Assembly: GCA_020723105.1 (NCBI GenBank)
Contig: DYJL01000015.1
Coordinates: forward strand, 2,029 to 66,028
Direction: 5' to 3'
Source: Nitrospira japonica
Lineage (GTDB): Bacteria > Nitrospirota > Thermodesulfovibrionia > UBA6902
DNA: 64,000 bases
Positions within the stretch are counted from its first letter, which is position 1. Each line of letters opens with the position of its first letter. The translations under genes were made by a program, and so were the position numbers. The notes below the pieces were generated by a model. It was not told the origin of the DNA, ran no database searches, and saw nothing but the letters and a program-made list of their open reading frames with translations. Shown piece after piece: positions 38,487 to 48,165 of the stretch.

Positions 38487-40412
38487 TTATTTAATAATCG
38501 CTCCTTCTTTAACATCCTTTTCAGGTATTAAAATGGATAATACACCATTGCTGTCTGTAGCTGCAAGCAGCATTCCCTGTGATTCAACACCCATCAGCTT
38601 CGCAGGTTTCAAGTTTGTGACAATAACAATGCTTTTTCCATTAAGCTCTTCAGGTGCGTATGACTTGCCGATACCCGCTACTACCTGTCTTTCCTCTCCG
38701 GTATCAACAAGAAGCTTTATAAGTTTGCTGGACTTGGGCACACGTTCAGCAGACAGCACCCTGCCAATCTTTAACTGAACCTTTGCAACGTCTTCGATGG
38801 AAACAAGATTTGCGTTTTCGGATTTTTGTTCCTGCGGTTGCAGAGGCACATCGCTATGCGCCTTTATACTTTCGTTCGTCTCTATCCTCGGAAACAATTG
38901 ATCTCCTTTCTGAACTCTTATTCCGGAATACTGCCAGGCAATGCCTTTTTCTCCGGGAAGGCCCTCAGTTGCAGTCTTTATCATTCCCAATTGTCTGCCC
39001 ATCTTTTCTGCGGTGTCAGGCATGAACGGATACAGTGTAACAGCAGTCAGTCTTAACGCATTCCAAATATTAGCCATAACTTGTACAAGCTGCACTTTAT
39101 TGTCTTTAGCAAGTTTCCACGGTTCTGTTTGTGCAATATAATTATTGGCCATCCTGACAACATTCCAGACAGATTCAAGTATTATGTTGAACCTGAGATT
39201 AGACCAGTTGGCGTCATCTGTGGCAGGATGCAAAGCTTTTATGCATTCACCTGCAAAAGCAGTATCTATTATATTTTCTTCCGTACATTCGATTTCTCCG
39301 CCAAAATACTTCTCCGCCATAGTTAAAAACCTGCTCAGGAGATTGCCGAGATCGTTTGCAAGGTCCGTATTGATGCGGTTGATTAATGCAGTCTCTGAAA
39401 AATCTCCGTCTAAACCAAAAGGCACTTCTCTGAGCAAAAAATACCTGAAGGCATCAACTCCATATTTCTCAACCATGCGGCCAGGGTCTATGACATTACC
39501 AAAAGACTTTGACATTTTCTTCCCGTCTACGGTCCACCATCCGTGTGCAAAGATATTTTTTGGTGTTTCCCACCCCAGGGCTTTAAGCATCGTAGACCAA
39601 TATACTGCATGGGTAGTGAGAATATCTTTTCCAACGAGATGATGATCTGCAGGCCACCAATTCAGTGACGAGGGGCGAGAGGCAAGGTACTCAGTTGCTG
39701 AATAATAATTTAACAATGCATCAAACCAGACATAAGTAACAAAATTCTCATCAAAGGGAAGAGGGATACCCCATGCAAGCCTCGACTTGGGCCTTGAGAT
39801 ACAGAGGTCGCCGAGGGCATTGTTTTTCAGAAATCCCAGCACTTCGTTCCTGCGGGTCTCTGGAAGTATGTAAGATTGATTCTCCTCGATATATGCAATC
39901 AACCAGCTCTGGTATTTTGACATCAGGAAAAAATAATTCTCCTCCTGTATTCTTTCAACAGGGCGCTTGCAGTCCGGGCAATTGCCGTCAATGAGATCTT
40001 TTTCAGTCCAGAACCTTTCATCAGGCGTACAGTACCAGCCGGAATACGAGCGTTTCTCAATCTCACCCTTATCGTAAAGCGTCTGAAGCACTTCCTGAAC
40101 AATGGCAACATGCCGGGAATCCGTTGTCCGAATAAAGGCGTCGTTTGAGATGTTCAGCTTCTTCCACAGAGAAATGAAATTCTCAACCATTATATCTGCA
40201 TGCTGCTTCGGGGTACGTCCTTTTCCCTGTGCAGCCTTCTCAACTTTTTGCCCATGTTCATCCGTACCAGTCAGAAAGAAAACTTCCCGGCCCTTTAATC
40301 TGTTGTATCGTGCCAGGGTGTCAGCGGCAATAGTTGTATAGGCATGCCCTATGTGCGGAACATCGTTTACATAATAAATAGGAGTGGTGATGTAAAATCG
40401 TTGTTTCATCAA
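38487..40412 (-). CDS. metG: methionyl-tRNA synthetase with a C-terminal tRNA-binding (EMAP/Trbp111-like) domain
   Basis: HIGHAYT and KMSKSFGN class I motifs. Zinc knuckle CPDCKRP. C-terminal OB domain (LKIGRVLSAERVPKSSKL). Confidence 0.93.
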   Translation of the reverse strand: MMKQRFYITTPIYYVNDVPHIGHAYTTIAADTLARYNRLKGREVFFLTGTDEHGQKVEKAAQGKGRTPKQHADIMVENFISLWKKLNISNDAFIRTTDSRHVAIVQEVLQTLYDKGEIEKRSYSGWYCTPDERFWTEKDLIDGNCPDCKRPVERIQEENYFFLMSKYQSWLIAYIEENQSYILPETRRNEVLGFLKNNALGDLCISRPKSRLAWGIPLPFDENFVTYVWFDALLNYYSATEYLASRPSSLNWWPADHHLVGKDILTTHAVYWSTMLKALGWETPKNIFAHGWWTVDGKKMSKSFGNVIDPGRMVEKYGVDAFRYFLLREVPFGLDGDFSETALINRINTDLANDLGNLLSRFLTMAEKYFGGEIECTEENIIDTAFAGECIKALHPATDDANWSNLRFNIILESVWNVVRMANNYIAQTEPWKLAKDNKVQLVQVMANIWNALRLTAVTLYPFMPDTAEKMGRQLGMIKTATEGLPGEKGIAWQYSGIRVQKGDQLFPRIETNESIKAHSDVPLQPQEQKSENANLVSIEDVAKVQLKIGRVLSAERVPKSSKLIKLLVDTGEERQVVAGIGKSYAPEELNGKSIVIVTNLKPAKLMGVESQGMLLAATDSNGVLSILIPEKDVKEGAIIK

Positions 40413-41497
40413 GGTTTCTTCTTTTTCCAGAATTTCCTGCGCCTGCTGAAGGGTTTCCCCTTATCTTTCCCATCATCTTTCCCTTTATCTTGTTCTCCAC
40501 TTACGGGTTGTTGTGTCAAACCTCCCTGGGAAGGCTTAGCATAAGCAGAGCTGTCCGATACATGTTTTCTGTGTCTGTGATGTCTACGCCCATGATATCT
40601 TTTCTCTGCAGGGCCCTTCCCCGGCTCCTGTTGCAAAGGTGTATCAGGCAAGGACTCTGCCATTTTCCTGTTATTTAGAGATGGGCCTTCAACCGGCTTC
40701 TGCTGGTTACACTGGGAAACCGTCTCTGAACCAGCCTGCTGAATATTGGTCTCGAAAGCTTCCTCTGCAACAGTGATGAGATCCTCATCCTGAACGGTTG
40801 CAGCATCCTTCTCTTCTTTGCATTCATAACCAAGACAACACATCAACCTGCCACAGATGCCGGAAAGCTTGCTTTGATTTATTGACAGCTCCTGCTGTTT
40901 TGCCATTTTTATTGTCACCGGTTCAAAATTCGTGAGAAACAGGCTGCAACAGGTCTGCCTGCCGCAGATGCCGATACCACCAAGCAATTTCACCTCATCC
41001 CTCACACCTATCTGTCTCATCTCAATACGGCTTTTGAATTTTCCTGCAAGGTCCCTGACCAGTTCTCTGAAATCAATTCTGCCGTCTGCGGTGAAATAAA
41101 AGACAAATCTTTTCTTGTCCAGTGTTGTCTCCGCCGCTATAATTTTCATGGAGAGATTCAGTTCTTTAGCCCTGTTAGCACAAAAGGCCCTGGCTTCATC
41201 TTCAAGAGATTGATTGCCTTTGAGGGTTTCAAAATCTTTTTCTGTAGCTACCCTGAGAACCTTCTTTAATGTTTCTGCTGCCTTATCCAATGTATATTTC
41301 GGCGTTACAACGTTACCCATACTTAAACCCATTTCAGATTCAACAATCACTTTCGAGCCCACGGTTACGTCAATATCTTCAAGCTCAAATGTATAAATCT
41401 TGCCGCAGGATCTGAACCGTATACCAACAACTGTATGTTTTGCAAGCGCATCTGCCTGTTTTTCCTGTATCTCCAATATATTATTATCTTCTTGCAT
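40409..41497 (-). CDS. PSP1/RicT (YaaT-like) domain protein with a long basic C-terminal tail
   Basis: PSP1 core with the CGRQTCCS / CGRLMCCL Cys motifs. tmk-holB-PSP1-metG order matches the Bacillus tmk-holB-yaaT arrangement. The last ~120 aa are low-complexity and K/R/H-rich. Confidence 0.85.
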   Translation of the reverse strand: MQEDNNILEIQEKQADALAKHTVVGIRFRSCGKIYTFELEDIDVTVGSKVIVESEMGLSMGNVVTPKYTLDKAAETLKKVLRVATEKDFETLKGNQSLEDEARAFCANRAKELNLSMKIIAAETTLDKKRFVFYFTADGRIDFRELVRDLAGKFKSRIEMRQIGVRDEVKLLGGIGICGRQTCCSLFLTNFEPVTIKMAKQQELSINQSKLSGICGRLMCCLGYECKEEKDAATVQDEDLITVAEEAFETNIQQAGSETVSQCNQQKPVEGPSLNNRKMAESLPDTPLQQEPGKGPAEKRYHGRRHHRHRKHVSDSSAYAKPSQGGLTQQPVSGEQDKGKDDGKDKGKPFSRRRKFWKKKKP

Positions 41498-42578
41498 TGG
41501 TCCGCTCCATGGAAGGTCCCTTTGGTTGTGCCTTCCTTAATCTTTTTCTCATTAAGAGACTTGTATAATTCAGCGTTAGCTTTTCATTCAGATTAAAGTT
41601 TAGATGTTCTTTTATATTATAAAGTTCACGGGTCAATTTGAGTATATCTTTCACTGTGGTCGTCATGGCAAAGGTTTTTATCTCATCCTCCCGGTCTCTG
41701 TTAAGAAGAAAATCTGCCTGCTGTGTCACAATAAATACTGCCACATCTCTCAGCCACATCTGTACCCAGTCAAACCATTCCTCCATAGATATTTTGTCGT
41801 CCCTGATTTCTTCTTCAGGCCTGTTGAGCATTGACTGCAACATGTCAAACGACCTGTCCCTCTGCATCATCAGGTCTTCATTCATGGCGTATCCGAGCCT
41901 TCCTCCGGAAAGCGTACTTAAAAGCAGGGCGGCCCCTGGATCGAACTTTTTGAATTTTTCATGCAGCAGCCTGCTCATGGTATCAAGAGGTAAAGGCATA
42001 AAACTTATTCTCTGACATCTTGAGCGGATTGTTGCAAGGAGTACGTCCGGCCTGGAAGAAATCAGGATTAAGATGCTCAGGGCAGGAGGTGCTTCAAGCG
42101 TGTCCAGAAATGCATTGGCTGCTTCCTGATTCATTTTATCGGCATTGTCAATTATGGTTATCTTATAGTTTCCTTCAAATGGTTTGTAAGACAGTTTTTC
42201 TTCAAGCTCTCTGATTACTGATACTTTAATCTGCCCTCCCTCGCCTTCTGGTTCGATAATAAAGACATCCGGATGCTGCCCCCTATCTATTTTTGTACAG
42301 GAGGGACATTGATCGCAGGCGTCTGTTTGCGTTTCGAGTTCCGAGTCCCATGTTTCGGGTTCCGGGTTATCCTCAAACAGGCCTTTACTCATAACTCTTG
42401 ACTCATAACTCTTAACTCTGCTGCAGTTCAGAGTCTTTGCAAAATTCACTGCCGTAAGCCTTTTGCCTATGCCTTCATCTCCTGCGAAAAGCAAGGCGTG
42501 CGGAATACGCTTATTGGCAATACAGCGCTGAAGAATATTAATTGCATTTTCCTGCCCGATAATATCTTTTAATGCCAT
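41484..42578 (-). CDS. holB: DNA polymerase III delta-prime subunit (with an in-frame insertion in the zinc module)
   Basis: HALLFAGDEGIGK, CDQCPSC..I..GQHPD and the sensor region SRCQ. Sits downstream of tmk. Confidence 0.85.
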   Translation of the reverse strand: MALKDIIGQENAINILQRCIANKRIPHALLFAGDEGIGKRLTAVNFAKTLNCSRVKSYESRVMSKGLFEDNPEPETWDSELETQTDACDQCPSCTKIDRGQHPDVFIIEPEGEGGQIKVSVIRELEEKLSYKPFEGNYKITIIDNADKMNQEAANAFLDTLEAPPALSILILISSRPDVLLATIRSRCQRISFMPLPLDTMSRLLHEKFKKFDPGAALLLSTLSGGRLGYAMNEDLMMQRDRSFDMLQSMLNRPEEEIRDDKISMEEWFDWVQMWLRDVAVFIVTQQADFLLNRDREDEIKTFAMTTTVKDILKLTRELYNIKEHLNFNLNEKLTLNYTSLLMRKRLRKAQPKGPSMERTNARR

Positions 42579-43192
42579 AATTCCTCTATTATCCTTATAA
42601 CTTCCCTGCTCACTTCTTCTGTGCTCCGGGATGTGTCAACTATTTTTACTCTTTCAGGTTCCCGGGCAGCGATTTGGAGAAAACCCTTTCTGACACGGGT
42701 ATGAAACTCCAGTGTCTCTAATTCAAACCTGTCTTCTTTTTGCGCCTGTCTGTTTCTCCTGAGGCCCTCTTCCACATCAAGATCAAGCAAAAAAGTGAGA
42801 GAAGGCTTAAGGTCTGAGACCACTATTTCATCAAGTGCCTGTATGATTGATAAATCTATGCCTCTGGCATAACCCTGATACGCAACTGTTGAATCGGTAA
42901 AGCGGTCGGTGATTACGACTGTATTGTTCAGTATTGCCGGATATATTACTTCTCTTACATGCTGCGCCCGTGATGCATAATAAAGAATGAGTTCTGTAAG
43001 CGGGTCCATGTGGTTCTGTGGTTCAAGAAGCAAGTTCCTGATCTTCACCCCTATGCTGGTTCCACCGGGCTCTACAGTCGTAAGCACTTTATAACCTTTT
43101 GCTCCAAGATAATCCCCAAGTAATTTTACCTGCGTGCTCTTGCCTGAACCCTCAATGCCCTCGAAAGAGATGAACCGTTTAATCCTCGACAT
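42569..43192 (-). CDS. tmk: thymidylate kinase
   Basis: FISFEGIEGSGKSTQ P-loop and DRF.DST.AYQG motif. Confidence 0.93.
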   Translation of the reverse strand: MSRIKRFISFEGIEGSGKSTQVKLLGDYLGAKGYKVLTTVEPGGTSIGVKIRNLLLEPQNHMDPLTELILYYASRAQHVREVIYPAILNNTVVITDRFTDSTVAYQGYARGIDLSIIQALDEIVVSDLKPSLTFLLDLDVEEGLRRNRQAQKEDRFELETLEFHTRVRKGFLQIAAREPERVKIVDTSRSTEEVSREVIRIIEELWH

Positions 43193-44192
43193 ACCTGTTC
43201 CTCAAATCCTTCAGTAAAGAAAATACCCTCAGTGCATCCTTAACTTCCAATGAACCGGTACCGCAGGACGGGGTCAAGAGCGACTGCTGTCTGAGTTTTT
43301 CACGCGGGACCCCAAGCCTCTCCAGAGAAGATATGCCCCGTTCGAGCTGCTCGCACAATCCTTCAAGAGTCACGCCTCTGATAGCATCACTTGTAGGGAC
43401 TACTCCCCACGCAATAAAACCATTATTATTGATAAACTCCTTTACTTCTTCAGGATATATGCCGAGTGTGTCCCAGTAAAAATATGCATCGAAATTAAAA
43501 ACTTCGATACCGGAAGAAAGGATAAGGGGCCAGTCAGCCTTCCCGCAGCAGTGAATTCCAGCTATGCCGCCGGATGTCTTTATATGTTTGACAATTTCCT
43601 GCAGCATCCTTGAAGCCTCAGCATTGCTTACTCCCAGATAAGCAGACGTTCCAATCGCTGAGAGGATCGGCTCGTCAATAAATATTAAGACCTTTTCAGC
43701 ATATGGTTTAAGCATATCAATCTGCCAGCTTGCCTTACCCTTTAGCAGTTCAAGCGAAAGCTCCCTCAGTTCGTCATCAAAATAAACAGGGCGTTTCTGA
43801 TTGTCGGTGAGAGATAAAGTAAAAGTCAGCGGCCCTGTGATATGGCCTTTCAATGTAGTGAATTTCTTATTCTCTTTTTTCAAAATATCAATAAATGAAT
43901 AAAAGCCGGCAGCATGTTCCGGGGAAATAGGGAAACCACTTCTGTTTGCAATTGCTTCATAAAATATTGAGACAGCAGGTTCGTCTCCCTTTATAATGCT
44001 GACATGCTCGCCTTCAATCTTTACAAAAGGGAATCCTTCAGAGTATTGAGGGACCATGAGTTCAAGAAAACTTCTGTGAGGCAGTTGCGGCCAAAAGGGA
44101 ATATCAACTGAATCCAGAACGATTTTACATGCCTCTGCAGGATCAGTGTGCGGCAGACTGCCGATACCGGTTGTGCTGAAACTCTGAAACAT
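43179..44192 (-). CDS. MetE-C-terminal-like / URO-D-fold protein (function uncertain)
   Basis: 337 aa. GIGSLPH N-terminal motif and HCCG / PSCGTG motifs recall cobalamin-independent methionine synthase-like TIM barrels. This is from memory only. Confidence 0.5.
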   Translation of the reverse strand: MFQSFSTTGIGSLPHTDPAEACKIVLDSVDIPFWPQLPHRSFLELMVPQYSEGFPFVKIEGEHVSIIKGDEPAVSIFYEAIANRSGFPISPEHAAGFYSFIDILKKENKKFTTLKGHITGPLTFTLSLTDNQKRPVYFDDELRELSLELLKGKASWQIDMLKPYAEKVLIFIDEPILSAIGTSAYLGVSNAEASRMLQEIVKHIKTSGGIAGIHCCGKADWPLILSSGIEVFNFDAYFYWDTLGIYPEEVKEFINNNGFIAWGVVPTSDAIRGVTLEGLCEQLERGISSLERLGVPREKLRQQSLLTPSCGTGSLEVKDALRVFSLLKDLRNRYVED

Positions 44193-44312
44193 AGTTATTA
44201 ATCATACTTTATGATTAAAGTAAGTTGCAAACAACGTGGTGACTAAAAGTCGGGGTTTTTTACTTATAGAAGGGTTACTGTAATAATGTTGATAGACTGC
44301 TATCTGGAATTC

Positions 44313-45242
44313 CTACAAAGATCTGGTCCTGCTTCGCTTGGTACTGCTCCTGGTTACTGCCTTGCGTTTTACTTTATAGCTTTCCTGGTCTGTTATGATT
44401 ATCGTGCCTTTCTTAAAATCCTTCGCAAGGAGTTTCTCAGCATCCGTCCAGAGTGTATCTCTTGACGAATCTCCAAGAAGTGCAATAATGATGACGCCTT
44501 CCTCTTTTTCTGAGGCGCCTACAAAGCAATGACGTGCAGCTCTTGTATAACCTGTCTTGCCTCCGAGGTGATCCTCATCAGACCATAGAAGATTGTTTGT
44601 GTTTGTAAGGAGAACAGATTTCCCGTCAACATCCACTTCCATTACTTTTGTATCTATAATATCTTTAATGAGCGGGTATGCAAGCGCCCTCTTCATAATT
44701 TTAGCAAGGTCCCGGGCTGTAGTATGCTGTCCTTTTCCAGGAAGACCGGATGCATTTATAAATCTGGTATTTACTGCATCTAAAGAGCGGGCTTTCTCAT
44801 TCATAAGGGGAACAAAAGATTTTTCAGACCCTGCCGCAGCCTCAGCGAGGGCCACAGCAGCACCATTAATGGAGCGGATAAGAGCAAAGCTGAGCAGATC
44901 TCTTACGCTGAGTTTTTCTCCCTGTTTTAATCTTGGAGGGACGGAGGGGGTTTCAGCAGCCTTTTTACTTATTGTAACCATGGTATCAGGAGCCAGTTTA
45001 TCGAGAGCCGCCATCGCTGTGATGAGTTTTGTTGTACTGGCAGGCGGCAGCTTAATGTCAGGATTTTTGGCATAAAGAATTTCTTCATTCGTGCTGTCTA
45101 TTACAATAGCAGCCCTTGCAGAAACCCCTGATGCATTTGAAACTCCTGTTGCAAGAAAAAAGATGGATGCAAGTGATATGAAAAAAAGAATTTGAAAGAA
45201 ACTAACACTCTGCTTAAAGTTTTTTTGAGGCCTTAAGCTCAA
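44313..45242 (-). CDS. D-alanyl-D-alanine carboxypeptidase (S11, PBP5/6-like)
   Basis: Signal/anchor sequence. SxxK (ASTTK), SxN (SIN) and KTG (GKTGYT) motifs. Confidence 0.85.
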   Translation of the reverse strand: MSLRPQKNFKQSVSFFQILFFISLASIFFLATGVSNASGVSARAAIVIDSTNEEILYAKNPDIKLPPASTTKLITAMAALDKLAPDTMVTISKKAAETPSVPPRLKQGEKLSVRDLLSFALIRSINGAAVALAEAAAGSEKSFVPLMNEKARSLDAVNTRFINASGLPGKGQHTTARDLAKIMKRALAYPLIKDIIDTKVMEVDVDGKSVLLTNTNNLLWSDEDHLGGKTGYTRAARHCFVGASEKEEGVIIIALLGDSSRDTLWTDAEKLLAKDFKKGTIIITDQESYKVKRKAVTRSSTKRSRTRSL

Positions 45243-45343
45243 TCTCTCATTCCTTTCTTTTTTGCAGAAGCATAAATACTTCTACATAATTATAATGATA
45301 GAAATATCAAAAGACAATAATTATTATCATAAATTAATATCGG

Positions 45344-45372
45344 TTGTAAATAAAAAAATCTGTTGATATAAT
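45344..45372 (+). promoter_or_regulatory. candidate sigma-70 promoter with an extended -10
   Basis: TTGTAA-17 nt-TATAAT, with TGn immediately upstream of the -10. About 45-65 nt upstream of the candidate starts of the next gene. Confidence 0.45.
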
Positions 45373-45414
45373 TTAAAACTTCACAATTTATAAGTACCCA
45401 AAATCCTGAAAGGA

Positions 45415-46566
45415 GTGAAAATCAGCAATAACTTTATGAAGACTAAAAAGAAAAACCATCCTTGTCTAAACAATCATATACCACTTAAGCCCAAACCCCT
45501 GGGCCGGGGAATGACTGTTGACGAGGTGATCGAAAGTTCACTGTTTTCGTTTAATGCTGGCACGTTCAGAAAAGCCTGTGAGTTGTTTGCAACCCAAATA
45601 GTAGAAAAAGAAGTCCGGATAGGTGTTTCTCTGGCAGGGGCCCTGGTCCCCGCCGGTATTGGCCGCAGTTGTTTGATTCCCTTAATCAAGGCCGGGTTCA
45701 TTGACTGGATAGTTTCTACCGGCGCAAATCTGTATCATGATCTTCATTATGTTTTAGGATACGATTTTCGGGAAGGCCGTTCATCAGTTGATGATGAAAA
45801 ATTACGCGAGAACGGGATTATCCGCATATATGATATCTTTCTTGATTATGAGGCCCTGCTGGCTACAGATAATTTTGTCCGTGAAACTATCAGGCGTAAA
45901 CGGGGCAGCTTGCCAACCCCCTGTTCAAGCGCTGATATACATGCACTTTTAGGAAAAGAGATCATTAAAATGAAACCCGAAATAAAGGACGAAAGCCTCC
46001 TGGCAGTTGCATATGAAGCCGGCGTTCCTGTTCACACTTCGTCACCTGCAGATTCAAGTATCGGAATGAATATTGCGGCCCTGATGCTCGAAGGAAAGCC
46101 AATACCTTTCGATACGCATCTGGATATTAATGAAGTAACAAGCTATGTTTACAACGTAAAGAAAAAAGGCGGCAAAAGTGCTGTCCTGCTTCTTGGCGGA
46201 GGCAGTCCTAAAAATTTTGTACTTCAAACAGAACCTCATATACAGGAAGTACTCGGGCTGCAGGAAGCCGGCCATGACTTCTTTATACAGTTTACTGATG
46301 CCCGTCCTGACACAGGCGGCCTTAGCGGTGCAACCCCATCCGAAGCTGTCTCATGGGGAAAGATAGACCCAATCGCATTATCCAAAACAATCGTTTCCTA
46401 CGGAGATTGCAGTCTCATGCTGCCGTTCTTTGTCAGTTATGTTTTAAATAAATCCGAGCCCCGCTCGAGATCGGGATTATTTGAAAAACGCAACAAACTT
46501 GTTCAACAGTTAAAGCGTGATTACAAAAAGACGGGGGGACATAGAAAATCTTCTTATAAAGCCTGA
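45415..46566 (+). CDS. deoxyhypusine synthase-like protein (start uncertain: GTG 45415 / ATG 45436 / later ATG)
   Basis: STGANLYHD, LLGGGSPKNF and WGKI motifs resemble the DHS/homospermidine synthase-like family. Confidence 0.75.
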   Translation: MKISNNFMKTKKKNHPCLNNHIPLKPKPLGRGMTVDEVIESSLFSFNAGTFRKACELFATQIVEKEVRIGVSLAGALVPAGIGRSCLIPLIKAGFIDWIVSTGANLYHDLHYVLGYDFREGRSSVDDEKLRENGIIRIYDIFLDYEALLATDNFVRETIRRKRGSLPTPCSSADIHALLGKEIIKMKPEIKDESLLAVAYEAGVPVHTSSPADSSIGMNIAALMLEGKPIPFDTHLDINEVTSYVYNVKKKGGKSAVLLLGGGSPKNFVLQTEPHIQEVLGLQEAGHDFFIQFTDARPDTGGLSGATPSEAVSWGKIDPIALSKTIVSYGDCSLMLPFFVSYVLNKSEPRSRSGLFEKRNKLVQQLKRDYKKTGGHRKSSYKA

Positions 46567-46671
46567 TTGCATTTTGGGGGTTGACTTATGCTATAGTAGT
46601 AACTAACTTTTTAAGTTAGGAGAATCTCGCGGGGAGATTTTCTAATCACCAGTTTTTTGGAGAGGAAAAAG

Positions 46672-47031
46672 ATGGGAAAAAAACTTTATGTAGGCAGCAT
46701 TCCATTTACTGCAACGGAAGAGGATCTTTCAAATCTCTTCGCAACAATCGGAGAAGTTGAATCTGTAAAGATAATTACTGATCCGGCTACCGGCCGTTCA
46801 AAAGGTTTTGGCTTCATAGAAATGGCTACTGAAGAAGACGCAAAGAGGGCTATAGACGAACTGAACGGCAAGTCCTTAATGGAAAGAACCATTATGGTAA
46901 ATGAAGCCCGGCCCCAGCAGCCCAGAGAGAAGAGAGGTTTTGGCGGCGGCGGAAGAGGCGGCTTTGACAGAAACAGAGGCGGCGGCGGTGGAAGGGGCAG
47001 AGGCTCAGGTTCCCGCGGCGGCAGAAGATAG
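46672..47031 (+). CDS. RRM-type RNA-binding protein with a Gly/Arg-rich tail
   Basis: RNP2 LYVGSI and RNP1 KGFGFIEM. C-terminal GGGGRGG repeats. ATG at 46672 lies 6 nt after GGAGAGG. Confidence 0.88.
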   Translation: MGKKLYVGSIPFTATEEDLSNLFATIGEVESVKIITDPATGRSKGFGFIEMATEEDAKRAIDELNGKSLMERTIMVNEARPQQPREKRGFGGGGRGGFDRNRGGGGGRGRGSGSRGGRR

Positions 47032-47264
47032 TTTATTCCTCAGATTAGTTATAAAAAAAGCTATTTAAGGATTTAAAAGCAGACTTCGGTAAGAAGTTTT
47101 TTAAAACCTCAAAATACCTCGCCAAATTTTATAAGGCTTTCATTTGGTTATGATTGCTAATCTCAGTTGAGCGTATTGCTTTTTTCATAATATCAAACCT
47201 ATCTAACTCAATGGACTTCTTGTCAATAATGATAGATATGTCCTTGCATATTATTTGCAAATTT

Positions 47265-47299
47265 TAAATCCCGCAGGCTGGCAATAACTCTGCGGGATT
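47265..47299. other. orphan 11-bp-stem hairpin in a long intergenic region
   Basis: aaatcccgcag-13 nt-ctgcgggattt, with short T/A runs on both sides. About 230 nt from the nearest CDS. Confidence 0.5.
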
Positions 47300-47403
47300 T
47301 TGCAATTAATTCCAGAGGCAAGATTCAGAATCGCCATTGTTTATGATTTAAATCATTTCAATCTTTTCTCATCAAACCTAAACTAAATATAAAGTACCTC
47401 TCT

Positions 47404-47511
47404 GTCATTCCAGTGAAAACGGGAATTCAGACCTTCGACAAGCTCGGGGTGACAATGGTGTCATGGTGAGCCTGCGAACCATGGATGCCCGATTAAAGAC
47501 TTCGGGCATGA
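47404..47511. repeat. MITE-like element (copy R4)
   Basis: gtcattccagtgaaaacgggaattcag ... ggatgcccgattaaagacttcgggcatgac. Confidence 0.6.
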
Positions 47512-47536
47512 CAGAAATAAAGAAATAAGTAATGAT

Positions 47537-48148
47537 ATGAGAGAGAAAGAAAACAAATTCTCCTTTGAATCTGAAATCTCGGATGAAGATATCTTTGAAG
47601 CAATGAAAAATATTCCCGGATATCTTGATATCACCCCGGGAGACTTCAAAGAAGTTTATCAAATGGCATACCGTCATGCCATGTCTCGAATCGTACATTC
47701 AGTTAAAGCAAAAGATATCATGACTACAAAAGTGCTCTCTGTTAAAGAAGATACCCCTGTTGAAGAAATCGCTGACTTGCTGGCTCAAAATAGCATCTCA
47801 GGCGTACCAGTTATTGAAGAAAACGGGAAAGTGGCAGGGATAATTTCGGAAAGAGATATTCTCTCAGGTATAGGGGTAAAAAATATAAAGTCAATTATGG
47901 GGGTAATATCTGCCTGTTTGAAAAACAACGGGTGCTTGGCTATATCCATTTGTGGGCACAAAGCCAGAGACATTATGACTTCTCCTGCCATCACAGTGCT
48001 GGAAGATACAGCTCTTTCAGAGATTGCCAGTATCTTTACCGAAAAAAATATCAATCGCGTCCCCGTCACTGATGCAGAAGGTCATTTACTCGGCATTGTT
48101 TCCAGGGCAGACATATTGCGTTACCTGCCGGTTAGAGACAGGCCCTAA
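47537..48148 (+). CDS. CBS-pair domain protein
   Basis: Two CBS motifs (IMTTKVLSV...SGVPVIEENGKVAGIISERDIL ; IMTSPAITV...NRVPVTDAEGHLLGIVSRADIL). Confidence 0.85.
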   Translation: MREKENKFSFESEISDEDIFEAMKNIPGYLDITPGDFKEVYQMAYRHAMSRIVHSVKAKDIMTTKVLSVKEDTPVEEIADLLAQNSISGVPVIEENGKVAGIISERDILSGIGVKNIKSIMGVISACLKNNGCLAISICGHKARDIMTSPAITVLEDTALSEIASIFTEKNINRVPVTDAEGHLLGIVSRADILRYLPVRDRP

Positions 48149-48165
48149 TCGCTTAAAGGCATTTC

